From the NCBI GenBank assembly GCA_001783715.1, contig MFNF01000061.1, positions 6,722 through 70,721 of the forward strand: a stretch of DNA of 64,000 nucleotides, written 5' to 3'. Below, one piece after another: positions 21,255-31,005 of the stretch; position 1 is the stretch's first letter, and every line of letters starts with the position of its first letter. The translations under genes and the position numbers were made by a program. The notes under the pieces were generated by a model that worked only from the letters and a program-made list of their open reading frames with translations, made no database searches and was not told the origin of the DNA. The DNA comes from Candidatus Lambdaproteobacteria bacterium RIFOXYD2_FULL_56_26 (GTDB lineage: Bacteria > SAR324 > XYD2-FULL-50-16).

Positions 21255-21290
21255 CCCTGGGACCGGTTGCCGCCGGTTCCGGGGGCTTTT
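21255..21290 (+). terminator. Probable intrinsic terminator after the MCP
   Basis: CCCTGGGACCGG / CCGGTTCCGGGG stem followed by CTTTT. Confidence 0.5.
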
Positions 21291-21516
21291 GCCTCCCGCC
21301 GACCGGTCTGCTCCGCTCCTAAGGCCTACCCTCGAAGATTCCAAGCTTCTCCTGAAGACCAAACCAGAGTTTTAGCCCCAACCGCCACACCGGTTCACCT
21401 AGGTTACACAAAAACAATCTTGCCCTTCAACGGTTCCCAGTGATAGGCAGGAAGTGGCGTAAGACATTCCCGCACCTTTTCGCCGGGAATAAACGGTGAA
21501 TCCAAACAGGAGAGCG

Positions 21517-22125
21517 ATGAAAAAGCTTTTGTGCCGTTACGGGGGCCTTCTGACCCTGACCTTCCTGGGGCCGACCCCAAACACCTACGCTGGTGCCGAA
21601 GGGGCAATGTTCATCGGCAGCTCGGCCTTTACGTTGGTCACAGCTACCGACACCTCCGACCGGAACCCTGAGTTCCACCAATTCAACCTGGGCCTTCGTT
21701 TGACCCCCAAGGATTCCCTGTCGTTGGAGAAAATCTCTTGGCGGTATTATGCCCCCTTGGGTATTCCCTATGGCAGCGCCAAGTCCAGCAAGGCCGAGGA
21801 ATATCCGGGCTCGGTGAGGTCCGACGGGCTTGGGCTGGCCTACCAACGTTTTTCGGACGGAGGTTTTTATTCCGCCCTGCACGCCCTACCGTTGGACCAG
21901 ACGTTTTTGGACCAAAATGGGAACAAGATCGGCACCGGCAAGCAGTTGTTTCTGACCTTAAGGTTTGGCTATCACTTTGGGAAAAGGTTCTTTTTGGAAC
22001 CTTCCATCGCCTTCACCCATTGGCCGGTCAACGAGGGCTTGCCGGCCTCCTTTCAGGCCAAGGAGGACCAATGGCCTAAGTATTTTTTGTTTGAGCCGGG
22101 GCTGCATTTTGGGGTAAACCTGTAA
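21517..22125 (+). CDS. Exported hypothetical protein, probable small outer-membrane beta-barrel
   Basis: Signal-like N-terminus; alternating aromatic strands (LRFGYHF, EPGLHFGVNL). Confidence 0.65.
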   Translation: MKKLLCRYGGLLTLTFLGPTPNTYAGAEGAMFIGSSAFTLVTATDTSDRNPEFHQFNLGLRLTPKDSLSLEKISWRYYAPLGIPYGSAKSSKAEEYPGSVRSDGLGLAYQRFSDGGFYSALHALPLDQTFLDQNGNKIGTGKQLFLTLRFGYHFGKRFFLEPSIAFTHWPVNEGLPASFQAKEDQWPKYFLFEPGLHFGVNL

Positions 22126-22188
22126 AGCTTGCCGGTCCAGAGCTTCAACCCAAAAACCCTCCCTAAAACCGGTCCTTAAAACCTTTCC

Positions 22189-23721
22189 CTAGAACTGCAA
22201 CTGCCGGTCCAGGCTCCGGTAGTTGACCGCTTCGGCCAAGTGGGCCAAGCCCAGCTGCTCCGCTTGGGCCAAGTCGGCAATGGTCCGGGCCACCTTGAGG
22301 ATCGAATCGTGGGCCCGCCCGCTGAGCCGCAACCGGTCCAGCGCCGTTTTGAGCAGTTGGTGACCGGCGGGGTCCAGGTGGCAATACCGCTCCACCTCCT
22401 TGTGGCTCATGTTGGCGTTGTACCGGCTCCAAGAACCAAACCGCCGGGCCTGCAACCCACGGGCATCGGCCACCCGTTGGGCAATGGCCAAGCTGGACTC
22501 TCCGGGGTGGGAGAAGTGGATCTCCTCGTAGCTCAAGGCGGGCATCTCAATTTGCAGGTCGATCCGGTCCATCAGGGGCCCACTGATCCGGCCCCGGTAT
22601 TTGAGCACCTGGGAGGCGGAACATTGGCATTGCTTTTTGGAGTCCCCCAAGTACCCGCAGGGGCAAGGGTTCATGGCGGCCACCAGGATAAAGTCGGTCG
22701 GGAAATTCAGGCTCGACTTGGCCCGGCTGATGGTGATGCGCCGGTCCTCCAAGGGCTGGCGGAGCAGGTCGAGGATGTGCCGGGGGTATTCGGGCAGTTC
22801 GTCCAAAAATAACACCCCATGGTGGGCAAGGCTCACTTCTCCGGGCTTTGGGACCGTCCCCCCGCCGATCAACCCTGCTCCCGAAACACTGTGGTGGGGG
22901 CTTTGGAAGGGCCGGACCAACAGTCGGTCTTGCCCTGGGCTCAGGCGACCGGCAATGCCGTGGATCTTGGTGGCCTCAATGGCCTCTTCAAAACTGAACC
23001 CAGGCAGGATGCCGGGCAGGCGCTTGGCCAACATGGATTTCCCCGACCCCGGCGGGCCGGTAAAAAGCAGGTTGTGCTTGCCCGCAGCGGCGATCTCCAA
23101 GGCCCGCTTGGCGGTTTCCTGACCCTTGACATCCGCAAAGTCCAGGTCCCCTGGGGCCAAGGTTTGGTCGAAGCTGCCCGGCAGGGGGCAAACCGGGGCC
23201 AAGGGAGCCAATCCCTTGAGGTGCAGCACCACCTCGCCCAGGTGGGCGGCGGCATAAACCTCAACCCCTTCGACCAAGGCGGCGGAAGCGGCGTTTTCCG
23301 GGGCCACGATCATTTGGGTGATCCCGGCCTTACGGGCCGCCAAGGCCATGGCCAAAACCCCGTTGATCGGCCGCAACCGTCCTTCCAAACTCAACTCGGC
23401 GGCCAACATCCGGCCTCGGCAGGCCCCCTGGGGCAGTTTGTCGGCCGCCTCCAGTACGGCACAAGCAATGGGCAGGTCAAAACCGGTGCCCACTTTGGGC
23501 AGGTCGGCCGGGGCTAGGTTGACGATCACCTTGCGGATCGGGAAGCCTCCGGCCCCGTTGTTCATCGCCGCCGTGATCCGGTCCCGGCTTTCCCGGATCC
23601 CCGAGTCGGGCAGGCCCACGATGGTAAACACCCCCAGGCCGATCGAAACGTCCGCCTCCACCTCCACCACAAAGGCATCTACCCCGAGGATACTGGCGGT
23701 TTGAACGATAGAAGTCGGCAT
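22189..23721 (-). CDS. comM: ComM/YifB Mg-chelatase-like AAA+ ATPase
   Basis: IVGLPD; NLAPADLPKVG; GPPGSGKS; PGEVSLAHHGVLFLDE; NPCPCG. Confidence 0.93.
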   Translation of the reverse strand: MPTSIVQTASILGVDAFVVEVEADVSIGLGVFTIVGLPDSGIRESRDRITAAMNNGAGGFPIRKVIVNLAPADLPKVGTGFDLPIACAVLEAADKLPQGACRGRMLAAELSLEGRLRPINGVLAMALAARKAGITQMIVAPENAASAALVEGVEVYAAAHLGEVVLHLKGLAPLAPVCPLPGSFDQTLAPGDLDFADVKGQETAKRALEIAAAGKHNLLFTGPPGSGKSMLAKRLPGILPGFSFEEAIEATKIHGIAGRLSPGQDRLLVRPFQSPHHSVSGAGLIGGGTVPKPGEVSLAHHGVLFLDELPEYPRHILDLLRQPLEDRRITISRAKSSLNFPTDFILVAAMNPCPCGYLGDSKKQCQCSASQVLKYRGRISGPLMDRIDLQIEMPALSYEEIHFSHPGESSLAIAQRVADARGLQARRFGSWSRYNANMSHKEVERYCHLDPAGHQLLKTALDRLRLSGRAHDSILKVARTIADLAQAEQLGLAHLAEAVNYRSLDRQLQF

Positions 23722-23955
23722 GATCTCTCCGGCAATGTTTCTTGTCAGATGCAACTGTTTGTAATCAAATAGCTACAGAAAAATATTTTCCCTTAACCTT
23801 CTTTTTTGTACCCAGATGGTAAACGTTTGTCCACGGTTGAACCGGCAGACGGCCAGAAAACTTCCCCTTGCTCCAGAGCACTCTATTCGCTACTCTGTGG
23901 CTTAAGTACGGCCAAACTGCGGCCCTGGGCAACCTCCTAAACCACCAAGGCAGAC

Positions 23956-24666
23956 ATGCACTTCGACACTCTCCCCTCCATCGACAATCGGATCAAATCT
24001 TGGCTGAACCAAGAACAAAAGAGCGAGGGGCTTGATCCCAGTTCCAAATACCGCTTTACCATCACCCTTTCCCGGCAGTTTGGCTGTGAAGGCTACCCCT
24101 TGGCGGTGGCGCTCAAGGAAGAGCTGGAACGCCGGGACAAAGGGCAGGTTTGGACGATTTTCGACCGGGCCTTGATCGACAAGATCCTGGTGGACAACCA
24201 GATCAGCCGACGGGTGTTGGAAAATTTCGGCTCCAAAAGTGTCTTTTATGACTCCTTGATGTCGAGCATCGTGCCCAACTGGACTTCCGATGCGGATGTT
24301 TATGACCTGATGGTCAAAACCATGATTTCCTTGGCCGAAGAGGGCCGGGCGATTTTTGTGGGCCGTGGGGCGGCGGTGGTCACCCAAGACATGAAACGGA
24401 CCTTTCACTTCCGTCTGGCCGGGGGCCAGGAATACCGGATCCGTTCCCTGATGGACCGGGGCCGCATGAGTCGGGACGAAGTGATCCAGTTGATGGCCGA
24501 AAAGGAACGGGAACGGGAAAAGTTCATCAACCGCTTCCTGGGTGCCGACATCTCTGCGTTGGAACATTACCACTTGGTGCTGAACAACGAAAAAAGCAGC
24601 GTGGACGAAATGGCTTCCACCCTGCTGCACCACATTGAATTGCACATGGCCAACCTGCTCAAGTGA
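23956..24666 (+). CDS. Cytidylate-kinase-like family protein
   Basis: TITLSRQFGCEG; AIFVGRGA; YHLVLN. Confidence 0.8.
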   Translation: MHFDTLPSIDNRIKSWLNQEQKSEGLDPSSKYRFTITLSRQFGCEGYPLAVALKEELERRDKGQVWTIFDRALIDKILVDNQISRRVLENFGSKSVFYDSLMSSIVPNWTSDADVYDLMVKTMISLAEEGRAIFVGRGAAVVTQDMKRTFHFRLAGGQEYRIRSLMDRGRMSRDEVIQLMAEKEREREKFINRFLGADISALEHYHLVLNNEKSSVDEMASTLLHHIELHMANLLK

Positions 24667-24745
24667 TCGATTTGGGCAAACCGGGCCTGGGGGGCCGACC
24701 TTTTTGGTTTTTGGGGCAGGGAACCGGTTTTGCCCGTCAAAAACC

Positions 24746-25561
24746 ATGTCCATTGCTGCAACTATGGCCCATGAACTGACCCCATCGGACTCGTCCATTC
24801 ACTGGGCGGTCTTCAGCCACCCGGCGGTCAAAAACCGCTTGCGGTTCGACTTGACCAGCAACGGGATCGTTGGCTTGGTGGCGGTCATTTCCGATCGGAT
24901 CTTCCACCTCGGGGACCTGAGCGCCGGGGGGTTCTCTTATGTCCAGGAGGTCCCCACCAACCGCTTCGTGAACCTCCAGCAGGTCCGGGAATGGGTGGCC
25001 AAATCCAAAGACAGCATCATCGGCAAGCAGGTCCGGGCCAACTTCCTCTTTGAACACCACCCAGAGCGGGGCGGGGTCAGTCTGGTGGGGGTGATCAAAA
25101 ACTACGCTTTTGTGTTGCTGTTGACCGTGGAGGAAATCGAACGGGAGACCAACCGGTTTTTGTTCCAAAAGGGAATCAAACGCAAACATGACCCCAAAAA
25201 CAGCTTCGGCAAGCTGGACGTAGTGGTCCGCAAGACCCTCTCGGCTAGAGCCCACGGCAAGTTGGAGTTGCCCGCCCAGGTGGGGGCCAATGTCTCGATG
25301 CTCAACCTGTTGATCGAGGCCGATGCTACGGAGGAGGAGTTGTATGATCTTTACAAAGGGCTGAGTTCAAAACGATTGTTCATCAAATATGGGGCCGAAT
25401 TCGGCTCTCCGGGCGAGGCCATGGACCTCTTGGAGTTTGCCAAACCGGGGGCGCTTTACGAGAACCGGCAAAAACCGGACCCCGGCTCCCCGGAGGGTTC
25501 TTCGGACCAGAAGCCACAAGAACCGACCGGGCCGGAAGAACCAAAGGGTGAAAAACCTTGA
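24746..25561 (+). CDS. Hypothetical protein with PilZ-like motifs
   Basis: KNRLRF; DLSAGG; C-terminal YGAEF; start at 24746 or 24764. Confidence 0.6.
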   Translation: MSIAATMAHELTPSDSSIHWAVFSHPAVKNRLRFDLTSNGIVGLVAVISDRIFHLGDLSAGGFSYVQEVPTNRFVNLQQVREWVAKSKDSIIGKQVRANFLFEHHPERGGVSLVGVIKNYAFVLLLTVEEIERETNRFLFQKGIKRKHDPKNSFGKLDVVVRKTLSARAHGKLELPAQVGANVSMLNLLIEADATEEELYDLYKGLSSKRLFIKYGAEFGSPGEAMDLLEFAKPGALYENRQKPDPGSPEGSSDQKPQEPTGPEEPKGEKP

Positions 25562-25621
25562 CGACCGCACCGTTTCATAGGATGAAACAAGCCAGTCCTT
25601 CTCATTACAGGTACGCCCCCC

Positions 25622-26257
25622 ATGGCTGAAGAAGAAAAATTGGAGACCGAAGACAGCTCGGTAGATAAAAAGCTGGAAGAAGCCCTAGCAGCCAGGGAAA
25701 AGGAAGGTGAAGTCGATGAACGGGTCCAGTTGATCCGTGAGGTGATGGCCAAGGAAACCTTCATCGACCCCTTGAATCCCGAGGAAATCACCAAGGCCTA
25801 TGCGCTTTACGACAAAAACCCCCAGAAAATCATCGATGTACTAGTGGGGGCCTTCCAAAGTTATTGCCGCAAATCGATCCGGGAAGCAGCGCTTTTGAGG
25901 ATCAAAAACCAGGTGGCGGTGATGGCCTTCGAGGAAGCGGAAAAACTGAAAATGCAGGCGGTCGAGGAGCTTTCCAAGAGCATCCAGGCAGACGTGAACC
26001 TGGAGCGGCTTTTGGCGATGCTGATGTTCAAAAACCACTTCTGGACCTGGCTCCGGTACGGCCTCAAGGACATCTTTAATGACCAGCGCCGCCAACCGGG
26101 ACACCCGATCAACAACTACCTGAACATCCGGTTCCATAAGCTCAAAGAGAAAAAGAGCTTCCACACCGTTGCGGACTTGGTTGCCTACGACCTCACCGAG
26201 ATCGTAAACAACTTCAAGACCGAGATCATGCGCCGCAAAGTCCGTATCTTTGACTGA
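25622..26257 (+). CDS. Hypothetical helical cytoplasmic protein
   Basis: 211-aa ORF with host-like codon usage; no motif recognised. Confidence 0.75.
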   Translation: MAEEEKLETEDSSVDKKLEEALAAREKEGEVDERVQLIREVMAKETFIDPLNPEEITKAYALYDKNPQKIIDVLVGAFQSYCRKSIREAALLRIKNQVAVMAFEEAEKLKMQAVEELSKSIQADVNLERLLAMLMFKNHFWTWLRYGLKDIFNDQRRQPGHPINNYLNIRFHKLKEKKSFHTVADLVAYDLTEIVNNFKTEIMRRKVRIFD

Positions 26258-26284
26258 GACCCAGCTCCCCTGCGGCCCTTTTCC

Positions 26285-26701
26285 CTAAAAGGGCTTCAAA
26301 ACCACCAAAAAGACCACTACAATCAACACCACTGTCGGCATTTCGTTGAAAAACCGGTAAAACTTGTGGCTTTTGGTGTTTTTGTCTTCCGCAAACAGCA
26401 CCATGTAGCGGTAGCAGAAGAAGTGGTAAACCACCAGCACAGCCACCAAGCCTAACTTGGCGTGCAGCCAGCCCCCTTCAAAGTTAAAGGCCAACCAGAT
26501 CCAAGACCCGGTCCCCAGGACCAGCACCAAGCTGGGAGTCATGATGTAATGGAACAGTTTGTATTCCATCACCTTAAAGCGGTCCGATCCGATTTGGTCT
26601 TCGGTCATGGCGTGGTAAACAAACAACCGGGGGAGATAAAACAGACCGGCAAACCAGGTGATCACCGTGATGATGTGCAACGCTTTGATGATTTCGTACA
26701 T
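26285..26701 (-). CDS. hemJ: Protoporphyrinogen oxidase HemJ
   Basis: KALHIITVITWFAGLFYLPRLFVYH; WLHAKL; RFFNEMP; VVLKPF. Confidence 0.93.
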   Translation of the reverse strand: MYEIIKALHIITVITWFAGLFYLPRLFVYHAMTEDQIGSDRFKVMEYKLFHYIMTPSLVLVLGTGSWIWLAFNFEGGWLHAKLGLVAVLVVYHFFCYRYMVLFAEDKNTKSHKFYRFFNEMPTVVLIVVVFLVVLKPF

Positions 26702-26722
26702 GCTTCGACTCGAAAAGGGGGC

Positions 26723-26756
26723 AAAAAAAAAGGGGAAGAACCACCGGTCCTCCCCC
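26723..26756 (-). terminator. Intrinsic terminator after HU
   Basis: Minus strand GGGGAGGACC-loop-GGTTCTTCCCC followed by a long T-run. Confidence 0.7.
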
Positions 26757-26779
26757 TGACAAGCCATTCCCGTTTGGAA

Positions 26780-27067
26780 TTACTTGTTGACCGACTCACG
26801 CAATTTCTTGCCGGGCCGGAATTTGGCTACTCTTGCCTTGGGGATCTTGATCTTGGCCCCGGTTTTGGGGTTCCGGCCTTCCCTGGATTGGCGACTGGCG
26901 GTGGTAAAGGTCCCGAACCCAACCAGGGTTACGTTTTTGCCTTTTACCAGGGCTTCTTCAATCGATTCCAGTACGGCGTTCAAGACTTTTTCCGTGGCCG
27001 CTTTGGTGGTACCAGCAGCAGCGGCTGCGTCCGCAACCAACTCGGCTTTGGTCATGTTGTCGCTCAT
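26780..27067 (-). CDS. hup: HU DNA-binding protein (paralog 1)
   Basis: MTKAELV; VTLVGFGTF; GRNPKTG; KFRPGKKL. Confidence 0.95.
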   Translation of the reverse strand: MSDNMTKAELVADAAAAAGTTKAATEKVLNAVLESIEEALVKGKNVTLVGFGTFTTASRQSREGRNPKTGAKIKIPKARVAKFRPGKKLRESVNK

Positions 27068-27209
27068 TGATCCGTTCTCCTTGATGTCAAATAATGAATG
27101 GGGGGGGATGCTCAAAGGTTGCAGAGCAATCTTTAACAAAACCTCCCTAAAAAGCAACAAGGTTTTTAGCGGCTCCGCAACTTTTTTGCCTCGCCAAAGC
27201 CCACCAACG

Positions 27210-28505
27210 CTAGAATAAGTCCTTCAGGTGGATGGTTTCCTCCCGTTTGGGACCGGTTGAAATCAAGGTCAGGTCCACCTGCAACAGCTCTGAAATCCTT
27301 GCCAAATAAGCTTTTGCATTGTCCGGCAGTTGGTCGAAATGGGTAACCCCCTTGGTGGAGGCCTGCCAGCCCGGCAATTCTTCATAAACCGGGATCAATT
27401 TTTCCTGCAAAGAAAGCCGGTGGGGGAAATAATCAAAGGTTCCGCCCTTGGGATCCTGGTAATGGGTGCAGATTTTTAAGATCGGCAGGCCGTCGAGCAC
27501 GTCCATCTTGGTGATTCCCAGGTCGGTGATGCCGTTGATCCTGACCGAATCCTTGAGCAAGCAGGCATCAAACCAGCCGCAACGTCTTGCCCGGCCCGTA
27601 GTGGCACCAAATTCCGCCCCCACGCTGGAGAGGTGTTTGCCCACCTCGTCGGTCAGTTCGGTGGGGAAGGGGCCGGAGCCGACCCTGGTGGTGTAAGCCT
27701 TGACCACACCCAAGACCCGGTCGATCCGGTTGGGAGCGATCCCCGAACCGGTGCAAGCCCCGCCGGAGGTGGTGTTGCTGCTGGTGACAAAAGGATAGGT
27801 GCCGTGGTCCACGTCCAGGAACGTCCCCTGGGCACCTTCAAACAGAACGTTGACCCCGGACTTGATCTCCCGGTCCACCAAACGGCCGGTGTCGGCGATG
27901 TAGGGCCGAATCTTTTCCATCTGCAACATCAATTCTTCAAAGACTTGGTCCGGGTCCAGGAAGGGACCTTCAAATTCCAAGACATGTTTGAGGTACTTGT
28001 TTTTGTCTTTGACCAACCGGTCCAGCTTGGACTTGAACCGAGAATCGTTGTCGATCTCCACAAACCGAATCCCTTCCCGGCTGGCCTTGTCCTCATAGGC
28101 GGGGCCGATGCCCCTGCTGGTGGTACCGATCTTGTCCTTCCCGGCCCGGGTCTCCCTCGCCTTGTCGATCATCAGGTGGTAAGGCATGATCAGGTTGGCT
28201 ACATCGCTGATAAAAAGGCGGTCTCCCATGGAAACACCCAGTTTTTCCAGCTCGGCGATTTCCTGCAACAACGCCTGGGGATGGATCACCATGCCGTTGC
28301 CCAAAACGCAGCGAACCTTCGGTTGCAGAATCCCCGAGGGGATCAGGTGCAAGATGAAGGTTTTGTCGGAAAACTTAACCGTATGGCCCGCATTGTTGCC
28401 TCCCTGGTACCGGACCACGACTCCGGCCCGTTCGGCCAGCAGGTCCACCAGTTTGCCCTTGCCTTCATCTCCCCACTGGGAGCCGATCACAATCACGTTG
28501 GCCAT
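27210..28505 (-). CDS. purA: Adenylosuccinate synthetase
   Basis: QWGDEGKGK; GGNNAGHT; GTTSRGIGPAY; GTYPFVTSS; TTGRARRCGWFD. Confidence 0.97.
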   Translation of the reverse strand: MANVIVIGSQWGDEGKGKLVDLLAERAGVVVRYQGGNNAGHTVKFSDKTFILHLIPSGILQPKVRCVLGNGMVIHPQALLQEIAELEKLGVSMGDRLFISDVANLIMPYHLMIDKARETRAGKDKIGTTSRGIGPAYEDKASREGIRFVEIDNDSRFKSKLDRLVKDKNKYLKHVLEFEGPFLDPDQVFEELMLQMEKIRPYIADTGRLVDREIKSGVNVLFEGAQGTFLDVDHGTYPFVTSSNTTSGGACTGSGIAPNRIDRVLGVVKAYTTRVGSGPFPTELTDEVGKHLSSVGAEFGATTGRARRCGWFDACLLKDSVRINGITDLGITKMDVLDGLPILKICTHYQDPKGGTFDYFPHRLSLQEKLIPVYEELPGWQASTKGVTHFDQLPDNAKAYLARISELLQVDLTLISTGPKREETIHLKDLF

Positions 28506-28562
28506 AACAAATGCCTCTTTCTTTGGGGTTTTGGGCCGCCCCATTGGCGGAATTCCAAGGTC

Positions 28563-29171
28563 TCAAATGGTTTTGCGGACCACTCGACCAGCTAGCAACG
28601 CTACTCTACCCCTAGCCACCTCGTCCAGTGCCAAGGGGAAGATTCGGTGTTCTTCAACCAAGATGCGGGCGGCCAGGGTTTGAGCGGTGTCATCGGGCAA
28701 AACCGGTACCACCGCCTGTTCGATGATCGCCCCCGAGTCCACCCCTTCGTCCACAAAGATCACCGAACAGCCCGAATAGCGGACCCCATAATCGATCGCC
28801 TTTTGGTGGGTTTGGAGCCCGGTAAAAGCGGGCAACAAGGAGGGGTGGATGTTGACCAACTTCCCTGCCCAAGTGCGGACGAACCAAGGGGACAAAAGCC
28901 GCATAAACCCGGCCAGGGCGACCAGCTCAATCCCCTGTTCTCGCAGCGTCTGGTCCAAGACCCGGTCAAAGCTTTCCTTGTCCGCAAAGTCCTTGTGAGA
29001 GAGGACCTGGGTCTTGAGTCCGGCAGCTTGGGCTTTTTGCAGACCCGCCACCCCGGCAATGTTGCTGACCACCAGTTTAAGGTCATAAGCGGCATTCCCG
29101 GACCGCCAATGGTCGATGAGGGCCTGGAGGTTGGTGCCAGTGCCGGAGATAAAAACGGCGGTCGGGGTCAT
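28563..29171 (-). CDS. purN: Phosphoribosylglycinamide formyltransferase
   Basis: [32 protein letters not shown]. Confidence 0.95.
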   Translation of the reverse strand: MTPTAVFISGTGTNLQALIDHWRSGNAAYDLKLVVSNIAGVAGLQKAQAAGLKTQVLSHKDFADKESFDRVLDQTLREQGIELVALAGFMRLLSPWFVRTWAGKLVNIHPSLLPAFTGLQTHQKAIDYGVRYSGCSVIFVDEGVDSGAIIEQAVVPVLPDDTAQTLAARILVEEHRIFPLALDEVARGRVALLAGRVVRKTI

Positions 29172-30919
29172 TGGTTTTCGGGACTCGAAGCGATGACCTT
29201 TTGTTCCATCGACAACCGGTACTCAAAGTGAACCGCCTTGAGGGCCGGGTATTTGATCGAAAGGATTTGCAGAGCCAAGACGGCAGCATTGTCCCCCCGG
29301 TCGATACCCACTGTGGCCACCGGGATTCCCGGCGGCATTTGGACTATGGCCAACAAAGCGTCCTGGCCGTTCAAAGCGCTGCCCGAAACGGGCACGCCGA
29401 TCACTGGCAGCCCGGTCTCCGAAGCCACCACACCGGGCAGGTGGGCGGCCATCCCGGCAATGGCGATCAACACCTCCACCCCTTGGGCGGTCCAACGTTC
29501 GATGGTCTGCCGGGTCCGTTCCGGGGTCCGGTGGGCCGAGGAAACGATCACCTCGTAACCGATGGAAAATTCGTCCAACAGGTCGGTACCCTTTTTGGCT
29601 ATCTTGAGGTCCGAGGCACTGCCCAGGATGATCCCCACCTTGGTCCCTAGGGGAACCCCCTTTTTGAGCCCCTTGAGGCCGATGTCCCGGCGTTTTTGCA
29701 TCCCCGGCCAGTGGATCTTGGCGGCCCCTTGGTAGGCCTTTTTGAGTGCCCCTTCCAGGTCCTCGCCCAGGGCGGTGACCCCCAAGACCCTGCCGCCGTT
29801 GGTACGAAAACGGTTGCCTTCCTTGAGGGTTCCGGCGTGGAAGACTTGCAGCTCCGGCCCCTCTCCTACCTCTTCAAGCCCTTGGATGTAATGTCCTTTT
29901 TTGTAGTCCCCCGGATACCCGGCGGAGGCCAACACGATACAAGCGGCCGCTTGGTCCTTCCATTTTGGTTGGTAGCCCTTGAGCCGCCCTTGGGCCACCC
30001 GCAAGCCCAGTTCCACCAAGTCCCCGTCAAAAAGCATCATCAAAGGCTGGCATTCCGGGTCCCCGAAGCGGATGTTGTACTCCACCACGCTTGGGCGACC
30101 TTGGTCGATCATCAGGCCGATGTACAAGACCCCTTTGTAGGGGTTCCCTTCGGCGGCCATGCCCTGGAGGGTCGGCTCCACCACCTGAGCCAGGACCAAG
30201 GCCTTGACGGCCTCGTCCACCACCGGAGCGGGGGCATAACAACCCATCCCGCCGGTATTGGGACCCAGGTCCAGTTCAAAAATTCGTTTGTGGTCTTGCA
30301 GGCTGGGCAGGCAGACATAATCCTGGCCGTCGGAAAAAATAAAAAAGCTGGCTTCCTCACCGGGCAAAAAGGCTTCGATCACCAGGGTCTTCCCGGCGGG
30401 GCCAAATTTCCCGCCCAACATCTCGGCCACGGCGGCTTCGGCTTCAGGCAGGGTTTGGGCGATGACCACCCCTTTGCCTGCCGCTAGCCCGCTGGCTTTG
30501 ATCACAAAAGGTGGCTTTTGGGTGGAAAGGAAAGACTGGGCTTGGGCCAAGGTGGTACATTCGAGGTAAGCGGCAGTGGGGATTTGGTTGCGGGCCATAA
30601 AGGCCTTGGCAAAGGCTTTGCTCCCTTCGAGCCTCGCCGCTTTGGCGCTGGGGCCAACCACGGCGATGCCTGCCGCCTCCAGTTGGTCGGTCAACCCTTG
30701 GACCAGATAGTCCTCCTGGCCGATAAACACCAGTCCGACCCCCATTTCCTGGGCCTTTTTGACGATCTCCTTGGGCTCGGTCAGGCCCCAGCAGGGGGCC
30801 AGGGCCTCAATCCCGCCGTTGCCGGGGGTCACGTAGAGCGCTTCCAATTGGGGACTTTTTTGTAAGGCATAGGCCAGGGCATGCTCCCGGCCCCCAGCCC
30901 CAACTACCAGAACCTTCAT
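29168..30919 (-). CDS. purD: PurD (GAR synthetase)-PurE fusion
   Basis: [28 protein letters not shown]; then [31 protein letters not shown] (PurE). Confidence 0.95.
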   Translation of the reverse strand: MKVLVVGAGGREHALAYALQKSPQLEALYVTPGNGGIEALAPCWGLTEPKEIVKKAQEMGVGLVFIGQEDYLVQGLTDQLEAAGIAVVGPSAKAARLEGSKAFAKAFMARNQIPTAAYLECTTLAQAQSFLSTQKPPFVIKASGLAAGKGVVIAQTLPEAEAAVAEMLGGKFGPAGKTLVIEAFLPGEEASFFIFSDGQDYVCLPSLQDHKRIFELDLGPNTGGMGCYAPAPVVDEAVKALVLAQVVEPTLQGMAAEGNPYKGVLYIGLMIDQGRPSVVEYNIRFGDPECQPLMMLFDGDLVELGLRVAQGRLKGYQPKWKDQAAACIVLASAGYPGDYKKGHYIQGLEEVGEGPELQVFHAGTLKEGNRFRTNGGRVLGVTALGEDLEGALKKAYQGAAKIHWPGMQKRRDIGLKGLKKGVPLGTKVGIILGSASDLKIAKKGTDLLDEFSIGYEVIVSSAHRTPERTRQTIERWTAQGVEVLIAIAGMAAHLPGVVASETGLPVIGVPVSGSALNGQDALLAIVQMPPGIPVATVGIDRGDNAAVLALQILSIKYPALKAVHFEYRLSMEQKVIASSPENQ

Positions 30920-31005
30920 GGTGAAAAAACCGATAGAATCAATGGATATGCGGACCCCGGACGGGGTCCGCTACAAGGCCAACTTGGAGCAACCGGCTCA
31001 GTCGG

